DNA from: Bugula neritina
Lineage: Eukaryota; Animalia; Bryozoa
NCBI GenBank assembly: GCA_964035545.1
Contig: OZ037773.1
Location: 5,361,751-5,425,750, forward strand
DNA length: 64,000 nucleotides
Direction of reading: 5' to 3'
Part shown: piece after piece, positions 36,480 to 56,678 of the stretch
Layout of the letters: every line of letters begins with the position of its first letter
Position numbering within the stretch: the stretch's first letter is position 1
Notes under the pieces: model-generated
The model's database searches: none
What the model was told of the DNA's origin: nothing
Seen by the model: only the letters and a program-made list of their open reading frames with translations
Translations under genes and position numbers: made by a program

Positions 36480-38898
36480 TCACATATCACAGGCATGAAA
36501 ACATGCTACGGAATTCAGTGTAAATTCTATCCTTAAGAAGTAGACATGAATAAAGGTGGGAAAAAAATCACAACTCTGTAAGATTCTTTAAAATGAAAGA
36601 TCATTTAAATTATTCATATGGTGTCGTAAATTCCAGGGTGTGTGCTCCTTGCATTGAAAAGGAGTTCGGAGAAAAGGAAACAATCCCATGTCCTTTGAAT
36701 CGTGATGGGAGATGCACCAATCAGCCTTGCCAGAAGTCCGGTTTGAAAAAAAGTCACGTGGTCACAGATGTGCTGATAAATAAAAGTTTTACGGATGAGA
36801 TTTGTCAGTGCGAGAATCACAAGTATGGGTGCATTGCCAACCCTACTTGGGCTAACTTAAATGTAGGTTTTCATTTATAAAATTTACTTGTTTGTAGAAT
36901 GTGATGTCATATTGCTAGTACATATAGAAGTTGTTTTAATTATATAAAATATTATATTTATAGAAGCATCATGCATTTTTATATTAGGGAAATTGTTTTT
37001 GACATGTTATACCTAATATACACATGTACAACATGATATCTAATACTAAACATATAAGATATTATCTAACAATTAAAAAAAACTTACGCAAGCTCATAGT
37101 CACTATCCCTGCGAGAACCCTTGATGAAAAGGGTTTTCTATTAAATTAGGCTAAGGACTTATTTGAATGAGGCACAGAAGCAATTATGACTGAATGTTCA
37201 TCCTAACATCACCAATGGCCTTTGCCAGGGCTCAAACCCAAAATCTTTTGTTTACTAGGCAAACGCTCAAACCCATAGACCACTTATTTTATATAACATA
37301 TTATCTAATAATTATAATATATTGTATAAAATATAATATTTAACAATATACTATATGTACAATATAAAATACATTTGTGTTATGTATATATAGAGATCAT
37401 CCAAGTGTATATAACTGCCACTCTGTTCGTTGTATATATTGTTAAGTTCTACTTTAATTAAAGACAATAACATTAGAGCTGCAATGATTATTAGCAATTA
37501 TCTTCTCTTATACTTGTTCTTATCAACAAGGCAGTTCCCCATTAACCTGTCATGAAAATTTTAATTGGTTACCATAATATTTTTATAAGATTATAAGAAA
37601 GGTTGTAACTTATCAGGTAAATGTAGAAACACCTATAATACCAAAATCAGGGAAGGGTGGTGAATAGAATGCCCCCAGTTTCTCAGCTAGCTATAAACTT
37701 GAGCTATTGTACAAAAAGGTTTTTATAAGCCCTTTATGTGAAAACTCATCTATAATATTATATATTATAATTTAAGCAACAGTTTGAGTTTTTTGTGTGT
37801 TTTAGGCAAAGCATTGAACTTTTTTGTATACTTAACACAATGTGATTCATTGCTCAACACTTTGCTGTAGACACATCAAGCCGTCTGCAAGTATGTTCCC
37901 CAGAAATGCACCAACCAAGGGTGCTCGATGTTAATCTCTCGGCACATCCTGAGGTCACATGTAATGGACCACTGTGAGCATGCTCTAGACGATTGTAAAA
38001 AATGCGGCACTAAAATAAAAAAGAAAGATATCAAAGTAAGGGAACGTGTTCAATTCTCAAAGAAATATTTATAACTTTGAAAATTTGGTAGCAGTTCAAA
38101 AGCAAATTAGTCGTTCTCCGAGGCTAATGTTTTAAGGTTCTACACTAGATATGTATGCTTCATTTTACAAGCAGTTAATTTGATTAGTATCTCTATTCCA
38201 GGAACACTCCCAAAAATGTAAAGCAAAAGATTGCTGCGTAAGCTGCAAGGAAACATTCCCTGATAAAGAACACGTGAGTAGCTATATTAGTTGGTTACAG
38301 TAAAACACTTTCCACTAGTACAGGTTAACGTATATTTTCATATCAATTACATGTTCATTACTAAGTTACCACGCTTTAAATAGACCAGTTATGGCATGAT
38401 CTAATACCAATAGGCTACAGCAGAAATTACAGTACAATATGGTTTAACAGAAATATTGTATATAATTGTATGATTTTATTCTCTTTAGCTTGAGTACCAT
38501 CAAAAAATATTCCCATCTTGCATAAAAGAGGCTGGGAAATGCTATTTTTACAACAAGTGTGGATTTGAGACTACAAATGTGAATTCCATGAAAACTCATA
38601 TGAAAGAAGCTAGTGATGCTCATTATTCAGTGGCCACAACTCCAGGGAAACTCCTTAGTGGATTATCCATTCAAGTTCCACTGAAGGTAGATCTCTGCAG
38701 GAAATATGTTTATTTATTAAAATCAACTATAGTGTATGAGTTTACATTAGAGTAAAGCAAAAGTTGTAATATATTTTTGAACATTGCGGTTTCATTATAA
38801 CAATGTGTTTCACAATGGGAAGTTGTCAGTCCATGGACCAACGCAGGTGATATAAACCATGTGTGCGTGTATGTGTACGTGTGTTTGCGTGCGTGTGT

Positions 38899-38931
<33 letters not shown>

Positions 38932-41538
38932 TGTGTGTGTGTGCGTGTGCGTGTGCGTGTGCGTGTGTGTGTGCGTGCGTGCGTGCGTGTGTGTGTGTGT
39001 GTGTGTGCGTGTGCGCGTGTGTGTGTGTGCGTGTGCGGGTGCGTGTGCGTGTGTGTGTGCGTGCGTGCGTGCGTGTGTGTGTGTATGTGTGTGTGCGTGT
39101 GCGTGTGGTGCGTGCGTGCGTGGGTGCGTGTGTGTGTGTGTGTGGGAGTGTTTTTGTGTGATACATTATGCTCTTAGTGTAATCATATACAAGTGGTTAT
39201 CTTAATACTTTTTCAGTCTAACACAAGCTTGAAAGGAACAGAACTGTTTCAAACTGCCTCACCAGGTGATGTATAAAATCACATTATTAGATATTGTCAA
39301 GATACTCTAATTATAGCAAACTGACATATGCATGTGTTTATTTCTTTAAATTATAAAGTTTTTATTAATTTTAGTTCCTAAGCATTCTAAATTTTTGTAA
39401 AGTTAAAGTGTTTAAAAAATAAATTCAAAATTAATTTTGAACTGCAGATAGTCCTTTAACTTTATAATGTGGCAGAAAAAATAGCAGTACCTTAAAATTT
39501 TAGTGTTGTACTATAATTATGCATTTTTCAAGCTACTGGTAAATGTTTATTTTCCTTATTGAATAACATTTGTAAATGGTGAATGTTGCTTTCTTACAGG
39601 AAATATTCACGTGGCACCAAACAGTCAAAATTCCTCAGCAAAGTCTGTAAATGATGTTGGTAAAAAGGTGAGTAGACAGTCTCCATCAGTCTTGTTGCTT
39701 CTTTCATGTAAGCGGTGTGGAGTCCTTGTGTGGGCTGCAGTAACGATCTGTTTAGGGAAGACAACTTCTCCTTTGTGTAGCACTCTGATATGCATACACA
39801 TATGGTCCCTGGAGTTATCTTTTCGCTTCCCAGTAGCTACGCAGTATACGAACTATAACAATATTAGAGTATAAAAATACACCATATTCCTAAAACTTGC
39901 AGTGATCATAATATTATGTTAGAATTTTTTTGTTCTGAAACAGAAAACCAGTTCAATAAATTATGAAGGAAGATTGCTATGGCATATAAGTGATTACCGA
40001 GAGAAGAAGAAAATGGCGGAGTTGGGCAAAGGTCAATTGTACATCTCTAGCAGCTCCTTCTACAGCTCTCCGAAAGGCTACAAGATGCGCTGCAGAGTAA
40101 GCTGTTCCTTGTTTGAGTATTTTCGGTTTTCTTCAATTGCTTCAAATTTCCTTTCTTCAAAATGTGCTAAAAATAGTTTCATTCAGCAATTTCTTATTTT
40201 ACATAAACTGTAAAACATAATAAGCTAAGTTTATTTGGTACTTTAGTTGTTTTTGTAAGATGCTAGTATGTGATTTCTTTAGCTCCAACTTATTTACATA
40301 ATTAAGTAATCCTGGAAATAGTGATATAGTAGTTTATTTATATGGGGTTACAAATATTAGTTTCATGTTACAAAAGTTATTATCCTAACATAACATTTTA
40401 TGTTATAAACTGCTTGTATTTTTCTTTGCTACAATAGTAATTTGATTCTGTGAGCATTCGAGCTTCATTGTTATTGGAAACTGTTTTCACTACGCTACCA
40501 TAGTTTACTATATTGTATATAACATCATTTGCATGGAATGAATATAATATTCAGAACACCTGCACTAACAATAACTTTTATGTAATCTTGTTATAATTCA
40601 ATAGCATTATTCAAGACAGTCAGTTCACTTCAAGTATGTACTGCAGTATTACAAAAACTGCCTAGCGTAATGCTAACAAAGTAGAAATAATACTTCATAT
40701 ATATTTTCAGGTATATTTGAACGGTGACGGTTGTGCAAAAGATCAGTACCTTAGTGTTTATTTTATTCTCATGAAAGGAGAATTCGATGATTATTTGTCT
40801 TTCCCGTTTCAACAAAGAATTTCATTTAAACTCATTTGCCCATATGATGAGTCTAAAAACAAAACCGAATACCTATCAGTAAGTAGTGATTTTTATCTCT
40901 TTGATCTTTCTAATGCTGGTTATTTTTTATTATTACTGTTTGTTGGGTTAACTGATTAAATCAAATACAAAGCTTATTTAGCCAAAATAAATAGTGACTT
41001 TCAATTACTATAACAATTAACACGGTAGATAAAAAGTAACATTGAAAATTCAAAAATAGATAAAATCCTTTGAAAATTCAGGTTATGAGCTGCAACAGTA
41101 TATAATCGTACAAAATCTTAATAAGTAACATGATTACTTGAAGTTAAGTTGGTCTTGCAACATATACTGAATTTTTATGCCTTGAATAAAATCTACCCAT
41201 CCAAGGTGTAGAAGCAAAATTTTGCTTAGGCTATTAAGTAATATTTTATTGTTATATTGTTTATATAATGCTCTTTTATCATTTATTTCATTTAATTTTT
41301 TGTGGGACACTAATCTGATAACAAGCCAATGGCAACTCTCTCTATTGTAATAAACAAGACTAGGTTCCAATCACTGATTCAATGTTTTGCACAGATTGCA
41401 GGCAATGAGGCAGCTAGTCGTAGACCCCTAGGCTATGAGAATATTGCCTCTGGAATACCATTGTTTGCATCTCACAAGGAAATAGATGCATGGTACGTGA
41501 AGGAGAACAGCATCCAGATAGAGGTCAAAGTGATCTGA
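35415..41538 (+). CDS. TRAF: Divergent TRAF (TRAF-B), ~486 aa, no recognisable coiled coil. Exons: 35415-35509, 35823-35945, 36637-36862, 37871-38035, 38202-38273, 38489-38686, 39217-39265, 39600-39667, 39944-40096, 40711-40878, 41395-41538
   Basis: 11 GT-AG exons total 1461 nt in frame; [28 protein letters not shown]-like region, zinc fingers, MATH ([57 protein letters not shown]). Exon sizes 198 and 168 match TRAF-A. First exon and the two linker exons are less certain. Confidence 0.9.
36338..36480. repeat. (GATT)n followed by (TATT)n microsatellite
   Basis: Direct reading. Confidence 0.95.
37090..37285 (-). mobile_element. tRNA-derived SINE (same family as 53205-53402)
   Basis: Aligns with the 53205 copy (CAATTATGACTG.ATG..C.TCCTA.CATCACCAATGGCCTTTG); degenerate A/B boxes on minus strand. 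Confidence 0.75.
38860..39143. repeat. Compound (TG)n/(TGCG)n microsatellite
   Basis: Direct reading; explains four spurious ORFs. Confidence 0.95.
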
Positions 41539-43648
41539 AGAGTTCATTAAAGGACCCTGATTTGTAGAATTATTTTTACTACAACAGCTATAGAAGCTAC
41601 TCTGAGAAGCTTCTACAAAAATTATATAGGCATAAGGAGATGCTTCAATTACACTATTGGTTTACAGGTAATTGCACGTATCATAGTTTGCCATCACCAT
41701 TAAATACAACCATTAAGAATAAGAGTAGACAACTCTTTCAAGGAATTATCTAGCCCTCATAACTAGATGGCATGTAGGAAATAGTCTCTTCATCAAGGCT
41801 AAATCTAAAGAGCAAAGTCTAGCTACTATAAACGTGCTTTTAATCAAATGAATATGAAGTTATAATTTTTGTAATAAAAACATTAGTTTATTCAGATTTG
41901 AAAACTGCTTTTAAAAATCTAGCTGACAGTTAACATTTTATTCGTAGGCTGTCAAACTAATAATAAGCAAACTATGTAGTGTATACATTTAGAACAATTA
42001 ATTTCTTTTTAAAGCTTGATAGCACTAAATTAGTTGAAATATATTTTTGATACGTTTACATAAATATTTGTTCATTTTTTGTAGTTTCAAAGAAACTGAA
42101 GATTCAACAATCAAAACAATATTTATATCAAATTGAATAGCTGTTACCAACAAAACTACAGCAAGTTTGCTATAATCTATTAGTTACCAATTCTATTGCT
42201 GGCAAAATATATAAAAACAACTCCTAATTGATATTTTAATAAATTTTCAATGCAATATTTTTGGTCATACTTTGTTATTTGATTTTCAAAGATTTCTTCC
42301 TACTATAATTGTTGCTATGCCAGTGTTAGCTAATCCGCTCTATATAGTAACATGAAACACCACATGCACATCATTAAATTGCAGCACAGTAGACATCTTT
42401 TAGTTGAGAAAATTGCATAATAAACTTATATATTTAAATTATTAGCAAGCATATACTTCCCACCTAATCTACAGAAAAGATATGTTTTAAAGTTATTTAA
42501 GCCTGCATAATGTGCAGATTAATACCTTTAATATCATCTTTGAAACTATAAAAGTATATTAATTTAATTAGAGGCTTTGAGAGAAATTTTTAATTGAGAA
42601 CTTGGCATGTAAAAACTATTTTGCAGTGTGAAAATTTAAGAAGCTTCTTAGAAGCTTAGATTTTCAGTCAAATGGTGAAGTGAACAATCAACAATAGTGC
42701 ATACTAATCTTTAGACTATAAAATGTTGAACACGTAGGAGTTGAGTGACCTTGTATACTGGATAGCACTTTATTTTTACTATCTTGTAGTTATCTGCACT
42801 ATGCTAGGGAAATAGAGAAAACTTGATTTGTTTAGCAGTTATGCAAGCATACAAACTGGCACAAGCTCAAATTTCAAATTATACCTGTACAAAGAAAATC
42901 ATTTGAAACAGCCCCAGTTGGTGGTCATTGGGTTGAAGCACACTGGATGTATATAAAACTACTGTATGTACTCAGTCACCCCAAATTAGTGCTGCTTATA
43001 TATAGTTATATTCAATACAAAATAATAAGTAGCATAATAACAAAAGGCTGGTAGAGGTATAGTAGTAGTCAAAGCAGAATTATAATGATTGCTATAGAGC
43101 AAATAATCAAGGCACCACGGTGCTTTATAATTATAATGAGGCTTTGAGACTGTGAATATGGTGGAAAAGATTAGGACAATGCCAAGAATAGTAACAGTGT
43201 AAGACCAAATAATAGAACTAACCGATAGTAGAATGTATAACAACAAGTTATAGGCAAGTAAAAGTTTTTATGAGCATAATTAGGAAATCGTGATGGGGAA
43301 ATATTTTATTGTAAGCATAATAACTGAAAGTCAAATATGGTCCCTTGCTATTCTATAATCGAAGCAATGTTATGAATTGTGCTGTTTAAAAGATAGCCCT
43401 CCTTCACTCTCTAGCTATTTATATTTATTTTCATTTTTCGTTTTGCTGCATTTGTTTATTTTTTTTATTTGCTAAATAAGTTAGCATTCACAACCTACAC
43501 CTAAAAATGTTTTGCTTAGGTCTACACTCTACATAAACTACAATACTGCAGTATATTTCTAGTCTGATAGATAGAGACTAAAGTGGCGTATATATTTTGG
43601 GTTTTACAGTCGTAGATACGGACACTATTGTTGTTTAAGCATAGTAAT

Positions 43649-43660
43649 GGGGATTTCCCC
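43649..43660. promoter_or_regulatory. NF-kB (kB) site upstream of TRAF-C
   Basis: GGGGATTTCCCC fits GGGRNNYYCC; ~280 bp upstream of the ATG. Confidence 0.6.
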
Positions 43661-43936
43661 TGCTATTAGCAGAAATTCCTCCTAGAGTGTAAAAGTAAAC
43701 TTGTAATTACAAGCATACTGCTCACTATGAGAACATCACAATATAGTGAAACTTCCAAAACAACCCGAGTGAAGTAATCTGCTTGCTCACCACTCATTTC
43801 AGACACTTACTTGTGGCTTTCTGACCGATGTACAAGTAAGTTTCTTATACAGTAATAAATACAATATACGATTTAATAGATCACATATTTTTACATCATT
43901 AAAAAGAAAATTTTTTTTCAATAATTCTAACTTTTC

Positions 43937-51414
<7,478 letters not shown>

Positions 51415-51489
51415 AAACTCATGATTGACTAAAGTCACAATAATCACATGAAGAAACTTGATGGAAAGGAGTTTCAGTCAGCTGAGAGT

Positions 51490-51640
51490 ATTAGTGAGGT
51501 TTTCGGGCACAAGAATGATGTCATGACTGGATACGAAATTTTTGACATCCCAAAAAACTTCTGCTGGGATTTGAACCTATAACGAACAAGCACAGGTGTG
51601 CTGTGCTGAACCAGTGCCCTTGACACCAGATCATAGCTGT
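51490..51640 (-). mobile_element. Diverged SINE-like fragment in the TRAF-C 3' UTR
   Basis: Minus-strand B-box GGTTCAAATCC and ATCCAGTCAT core shared with the other SINE copies. Confidence 0.5.
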
Positions 51641-53204
51641 TTTGCGTGACATTCACTATAAACTTGATATAGTTTTAAGATTTGACACCTGCACACTTTG
51701 ATGTAAATTGAAACCATCAATTTGAAACCTCCGCTCAATAGCATACTTTTGTTGTTTCAAGATTACTTCCGAAATTCAAGGTCTTTTAAGGGTCAGTGAT
51801 AAGAGCACAATGTTACATGCTGTATATCTGTGACCATACGATGTGCTTCAAATGCTAAGTGTACCTGCAGCACACAGAAATGAAGCAGAATAAACTGAAA
51901 TATATTAGCTACTTTATATCAATTTAAATTACATATTAATCATACAACCAATGCTTTATATGTAACCCCACATTAGTATATGTAGTTTTATGGTTAAGCA
52001 TTTCATATAACAATTTATATGGTATCATATACATTATGAGATAACATGCTTATATACACTTACATATATTTATATCACACAGTTATGTAGTCAACCTCTT
52101 TATATAATATATTTATACTATACATAGGTACATAAACAAACACTGTATCATATTATGTGATTATATACCAAGTAATTTATATTTGGTAACCTATCATATT
52201 TCTATTGTATACACTTATATGCGCTTATACTTTACATATGATTGCATGTTTTTATTATATGATATATCGCTTACACATTTTACATAATTCATGTTCATCA
52301 TTAAAATTAAATTTATTGCTTCTACATTATTAATGTTTTTTTTTACTTTTGTTCACATATGTTATTTATATATCATCTATAGAATATATTATATTATTAG
52401 TATATACTATTGTAAACTAAACAAAATAAGTTGCAGTAGTATATGCGCTATAAATTTATTTTTTTATATTTCTGTATTTTGAATACATTTCAAATATTGT
52501 AATTCTTCTACATAATATTATGTTTTTTTTAAATAAAAACTTTGATCCAATGAGATGAATAAAATTCCAATTTTATGTTTGCAAAGTAGCTTTGTTTTTT
52601 GGAGGTCGTTTTTTATTAAGTTAAAATTGTAGCTATATATGCAATCAGAACTTGTTTACTGCAAAAACATTCTTAAGGTATTAAGGTGAAGTAAGTGGTA
52701 AATGGTTAAGTGTTTTGACTTATATTTCAACTATCTCTATCGTAACTATTTGCAGGAAGCAATATCTTTCAGTGAACATGCTTTATTAGTTTTAATACAT
52801 GTATTTTATTGGCTTTGATATTTTTTAATATATAAGTAGCATGATTACATAACTCTTTTCTACCAGAAAGGCAACGCTTTGCTACATAACCTAATTCTTG
52901 CTATGTTAACTAAGTTATTAGGCTGTGCTTTGCAGCAGCTAAGAATAACATGCAAAGATAGTTAACAATAATTACTATCAGTTTTATAATACTGCAGATG
53001 TCAGAGCTAATCTTGGTAACGGCATCAGCAATCGATCAGAAATCTCAAATCAAGGCATGTTTGAACAAACCTAGTTGTACAAGAAAAAGTTGTTTGAACA
53101 TACACAGCTCTGAAACCAGTGAACTAAACCTTCCTATATATGGTTATAGTTCAATGTCTGAAACAGTAAGCCGGAGCTAATGCGTAATATTGCTTATAAA
53201 AACT

Positions 53205-53402
53205 CACTCACTCACCATCCCTATGAGAAACCCCTGGTAAAAAGGCCTTTCAGAACGGGCTTAGAACTCATTTAGATGTGGCACAGGAACAATTATGACT
53301 GGATGCTCTTCCTAGCATCACCAATGGCCTTTGACGGGGTTTGAACCCATGTCTTCGTGTTCACAAAGCAAACGCTTTAACCCGTAGACCACGGCTGCTC
53401 CC
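53205..53402 (-). mobile_element. tRNA-derived SINE, near full length
   Basis: Minus strand: GGAGCAGCCGTGGTCTACGGGTTAAAG (A box) .. GGTTCAAACCCC (B box) .. GCTAGGAAGAGCATCCAGTC core .. (TGAG)n tail. Confidence 0.85.
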
Positions 53403-53469
53403 GATGCATAATATCGCCTATAGATGTTGTAAAACTCTAATCAGTCCCATCATAAACGCAATTATTTGT

Positions 53470-53632
53470 GGGATTTCCCTAAAATTTCTGCGCGCACTGG
53501 TTTACTAGGGTAATTTAATTGGAAACCCCAACAACTGCGCCCTGTCATTTGCGTGATGTTTCCTTAAACATCACGCCATTGCGCACCAAAATTCTTCCTT
53601 GAGTGCTCGGTCATCGTCGGTATCAGCCTCAG
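53470..53632 (+). promoter_or_regulatory. Probable TRAF-D promoter and non-coding first exon with two kB-like sites
   Basis: GGGATTTCCC 53470-53479, TGGAAACCCC 53520-53529, CpG-rich, CAG|GTAATC donor at 53632/53633. Confidence 0.6.
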
Positions 53633-54965
53633 GTAATCTCTCGAACATTTACATAACTCACAGTCTCACGCTTAATGAATAATACCTGCCTGTCAATTTT
53701 ACTTGTATATTACTAATTATAATAATATATAATTTTAAATATATGCTTTTTGCTGTCTCTATTACTATTATTTAGAGTTAAGCTTATCAGTTATCGCGCT
53801 CTTGCAGTTGGCGTCGCCGTCTGGTCAATGAATCATATTGATATTCATTGAATTTGATTTTGAATGGCAATTTCAATTTGAATTTCAATTTGCAATAACA
53901 ATCACAATGACAATGATGATCGAGGAATGAGTAAAGACTCATCGATTATCATCATGATTGTGTATACTCATTTTACAATTTCAGTCATATTTTCAGTTAG
54001 GTGCAGTAATGGAGATTTTAAAGAAAATTCGTTTAGCAGATTTCTAAATGGCATTTTGTTGTAAGCTCTTAGTCTTACGCTTGTGTTAGAGGAGCCATAC
54101 CAACAGTTTCGAAAGTGTAGAGAACCATGGATGCAACTAAATAGGCTAAACAATTGTAGTTTTGTCCAACTTGAACTAGTGCTACAACTAGTACTACAAG
54201 ACCAAATAATGCAATGGCTAATTGTGAATTGCTGGTACTACTAGTTGTGGTTTAGTAGTAATACTAGTACTAGTAATTACCAATTAACACTCGTATTACT
54301 CTTACTGTTAGTAATAGTATGAGTATCAGTGTAATAAATAATAATTGAGATTGTAATAAATTTTAGTAATACTAAATTAATGGTAGTTGTAGTAGTTTAA
54401 CTTCAATAATAGTAATACTTATAAGTTTTAGGTTTTTTCGTACTCATATTGGTGTTATTCGTATTACTAAAACTGCTGCTGCCAAATCAATGTTTTTAAT
54501 GTACACACAGGCTACTAACTTTGCTTAATAACTAATTATTTAAATAGTCTAATCAATTAAATACGCAAGGCTAACCATTTATTTTTAACTTTAAAGACGT
54601 CGTCATATTCATAGTGACAGTACAGAAAATGAACTGAAGTTTTTGAGTCAAGTCCAAAATTTCAATTTGGCCATTTGACTATTAAAATCGTTGTGTAACT
54701 ATGTTTGCAGCTATTGAATTCTATCAAAAAGGAATAAATAGTTATTACAATGCATAACAGCTAAAATTAAAATATTGTCAAACTACAGATGGTTTGTGAA
54801 TTTCTTCAAAAAAAGCTAATAATTTAGTTTTTTACTGAAATAACTTATTTTAAACATGTCTTATTGAAACATTTTACGACTTTTGTTAAAAATATTAAAT
54901 TCTGGTTATACATACTTGTACAATTATATATCATGTATATGTATAATGTCTATATTCTTGGTGTA

Positions 54966-55559
54966 GGGGTATCGAGGCAATTTTGAATTTTTTGCTCTCA
55001 TTCGTCTGTTTTTCAAGTTACCAGTTCAATAATCTCTAGTATAGATGCTACACCAGTTGTTTATTACAAGTATCAGTTTGTGTTTCTATCTCTTTCACAA
55101 CCTTCAGAATAATGAAATTTTCGGTGAAAAAAACGGTCCACTGTACCCCGGTATCGAGGTACAATGGGCCACTGGGTGGGACACAACAAATATATTGAAA
55201 CTTTGCTGATTTGGTTGCCTCTAATCTTTATTTATTATACACAAGTAAATAAAAATACTCTTTTAGATTTACAGCAAAAATTATGTTTTAGCTGTACAGT
55301 TTGTGCCACCACAGGTAACAGGAAGAGACAAACTCAAACGCACATCACTCATTTCTAAGGTGCCTTAGAACTAAAAATGTTTTTTTTTCTATTTCCACTT
55401 CACAGGAACCTTCATCAGAAAAAGCTTTAGTAACATGTGCTATAAAATTCTGAGTGGACTTTTTTCTTTGAACTGTAGCTAAGGTGGCTGAAGTTTTCGG
55501 TTGCAGTGCGGAAAGTGGGGAGGAAATGAGCAAATCACAAGTTATTTTAGTTTTACCCC
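54966..55559. mobile_element. TA-flanked MITE (Tc1/mariner-like ends)
   Basis: TA|GGGGTA ... TACCCC|TA; second copy from 12117. Confidence 0.8.
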
Positions 55560-56678
55560 TAAAGGGTTAAATAAACAAGCATTTAACTTTTCAATTTGAA
55601 ATACAGTTTTAACTTCAATTGCTTAGATAACAAATAATTTCTTGTGTAACGGGTTATTGATTCTTTAAGCTTCATTAAAAATTTAAGTATTCTAAAACAT
55701 GTTTTATATAATTTATTTTGTGCTTTTTCTCTCACGAAAACATAAAAGTATTTTTGTTCACGTGGGGTCTCTTTTAATTCCCTTCCTATCAGTTTACCAG
55801 TACGATTATGTGCTTCATTAAGTGGTTAACTATAGTTACTTTCTTTTAACTAAACAATCCCGTATGCCTCAATAACTTTCCACAATTACCCTGCATAGTA
55901 TGCTTTTGTTATGTGGAAAGCTCCAATAATTTGCAAAATTTCCAGTTTCTATTTGGGAAGTCCGGATCTTTTGGCGACTCAGTTCTACTGTAATAGTCCA
56001 ACTATGCGCTATCTATTAATGCGGGATTCAATGTAGTATAATATACACTATATATCATATGCACTCCAAATTTATATATATAATGAATATACTCCCTTAC
56101 GTTTAGTTCTTCACATAAAAATGCTCTGCACTACATAGTATTCACGGTGTGGCATGCTATTAGACATATTTTGCATTCTTAATGCTATCTAAAGCCAATG
56201 TAAAAGTAAGTCTTTATTTTCTATAATTGGCCACATAGTGTATATATATTTCACTGATGATTTGTAAAGAATAGCATTCAAAGTTAAAAAGTTAAAGTTT
56301 AGATTTGCATATTGTTTTATTGCACTGCATGTATGATAACTATACTAAAGCTCTTATTAAAACATTATGTCAAAGGAGTAAGGAAAACTAGTAACAAAGT
56401 GTGTTTATTGATACCAAATGTGAACTTCTTCGAATCAGATCTTCTTCTAACATCACAAAAGAATACTAATAGCATTTAGTGTTTTATGTTAGAATTAATT
56501 TTTTAACAATGCAAACTTCAAAAATGGCAGAAGAAAAGTGTTAGTAAATAACATGTTTTTAATGTTATATAGCTTGTATTAATACAGATCATGAAATTCA
56601 AATATGCTTCTAGTATGCCTGCTTCCATATATGTTACAGAATTAGTGACACCATGACACATTCTGCATATACGGTATC

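Noticed and set aside
38810-39205. Four 100+ aa ORFs rich in C/V/R/H/T
   Set aside because: Translations of a (TG)/(TGCG) microsatellite.
53320-53402. tRNA-like A/B boxes
   Set aside because: Continues into a SINE core and tail with other copies in the window; no full cloverleaf.
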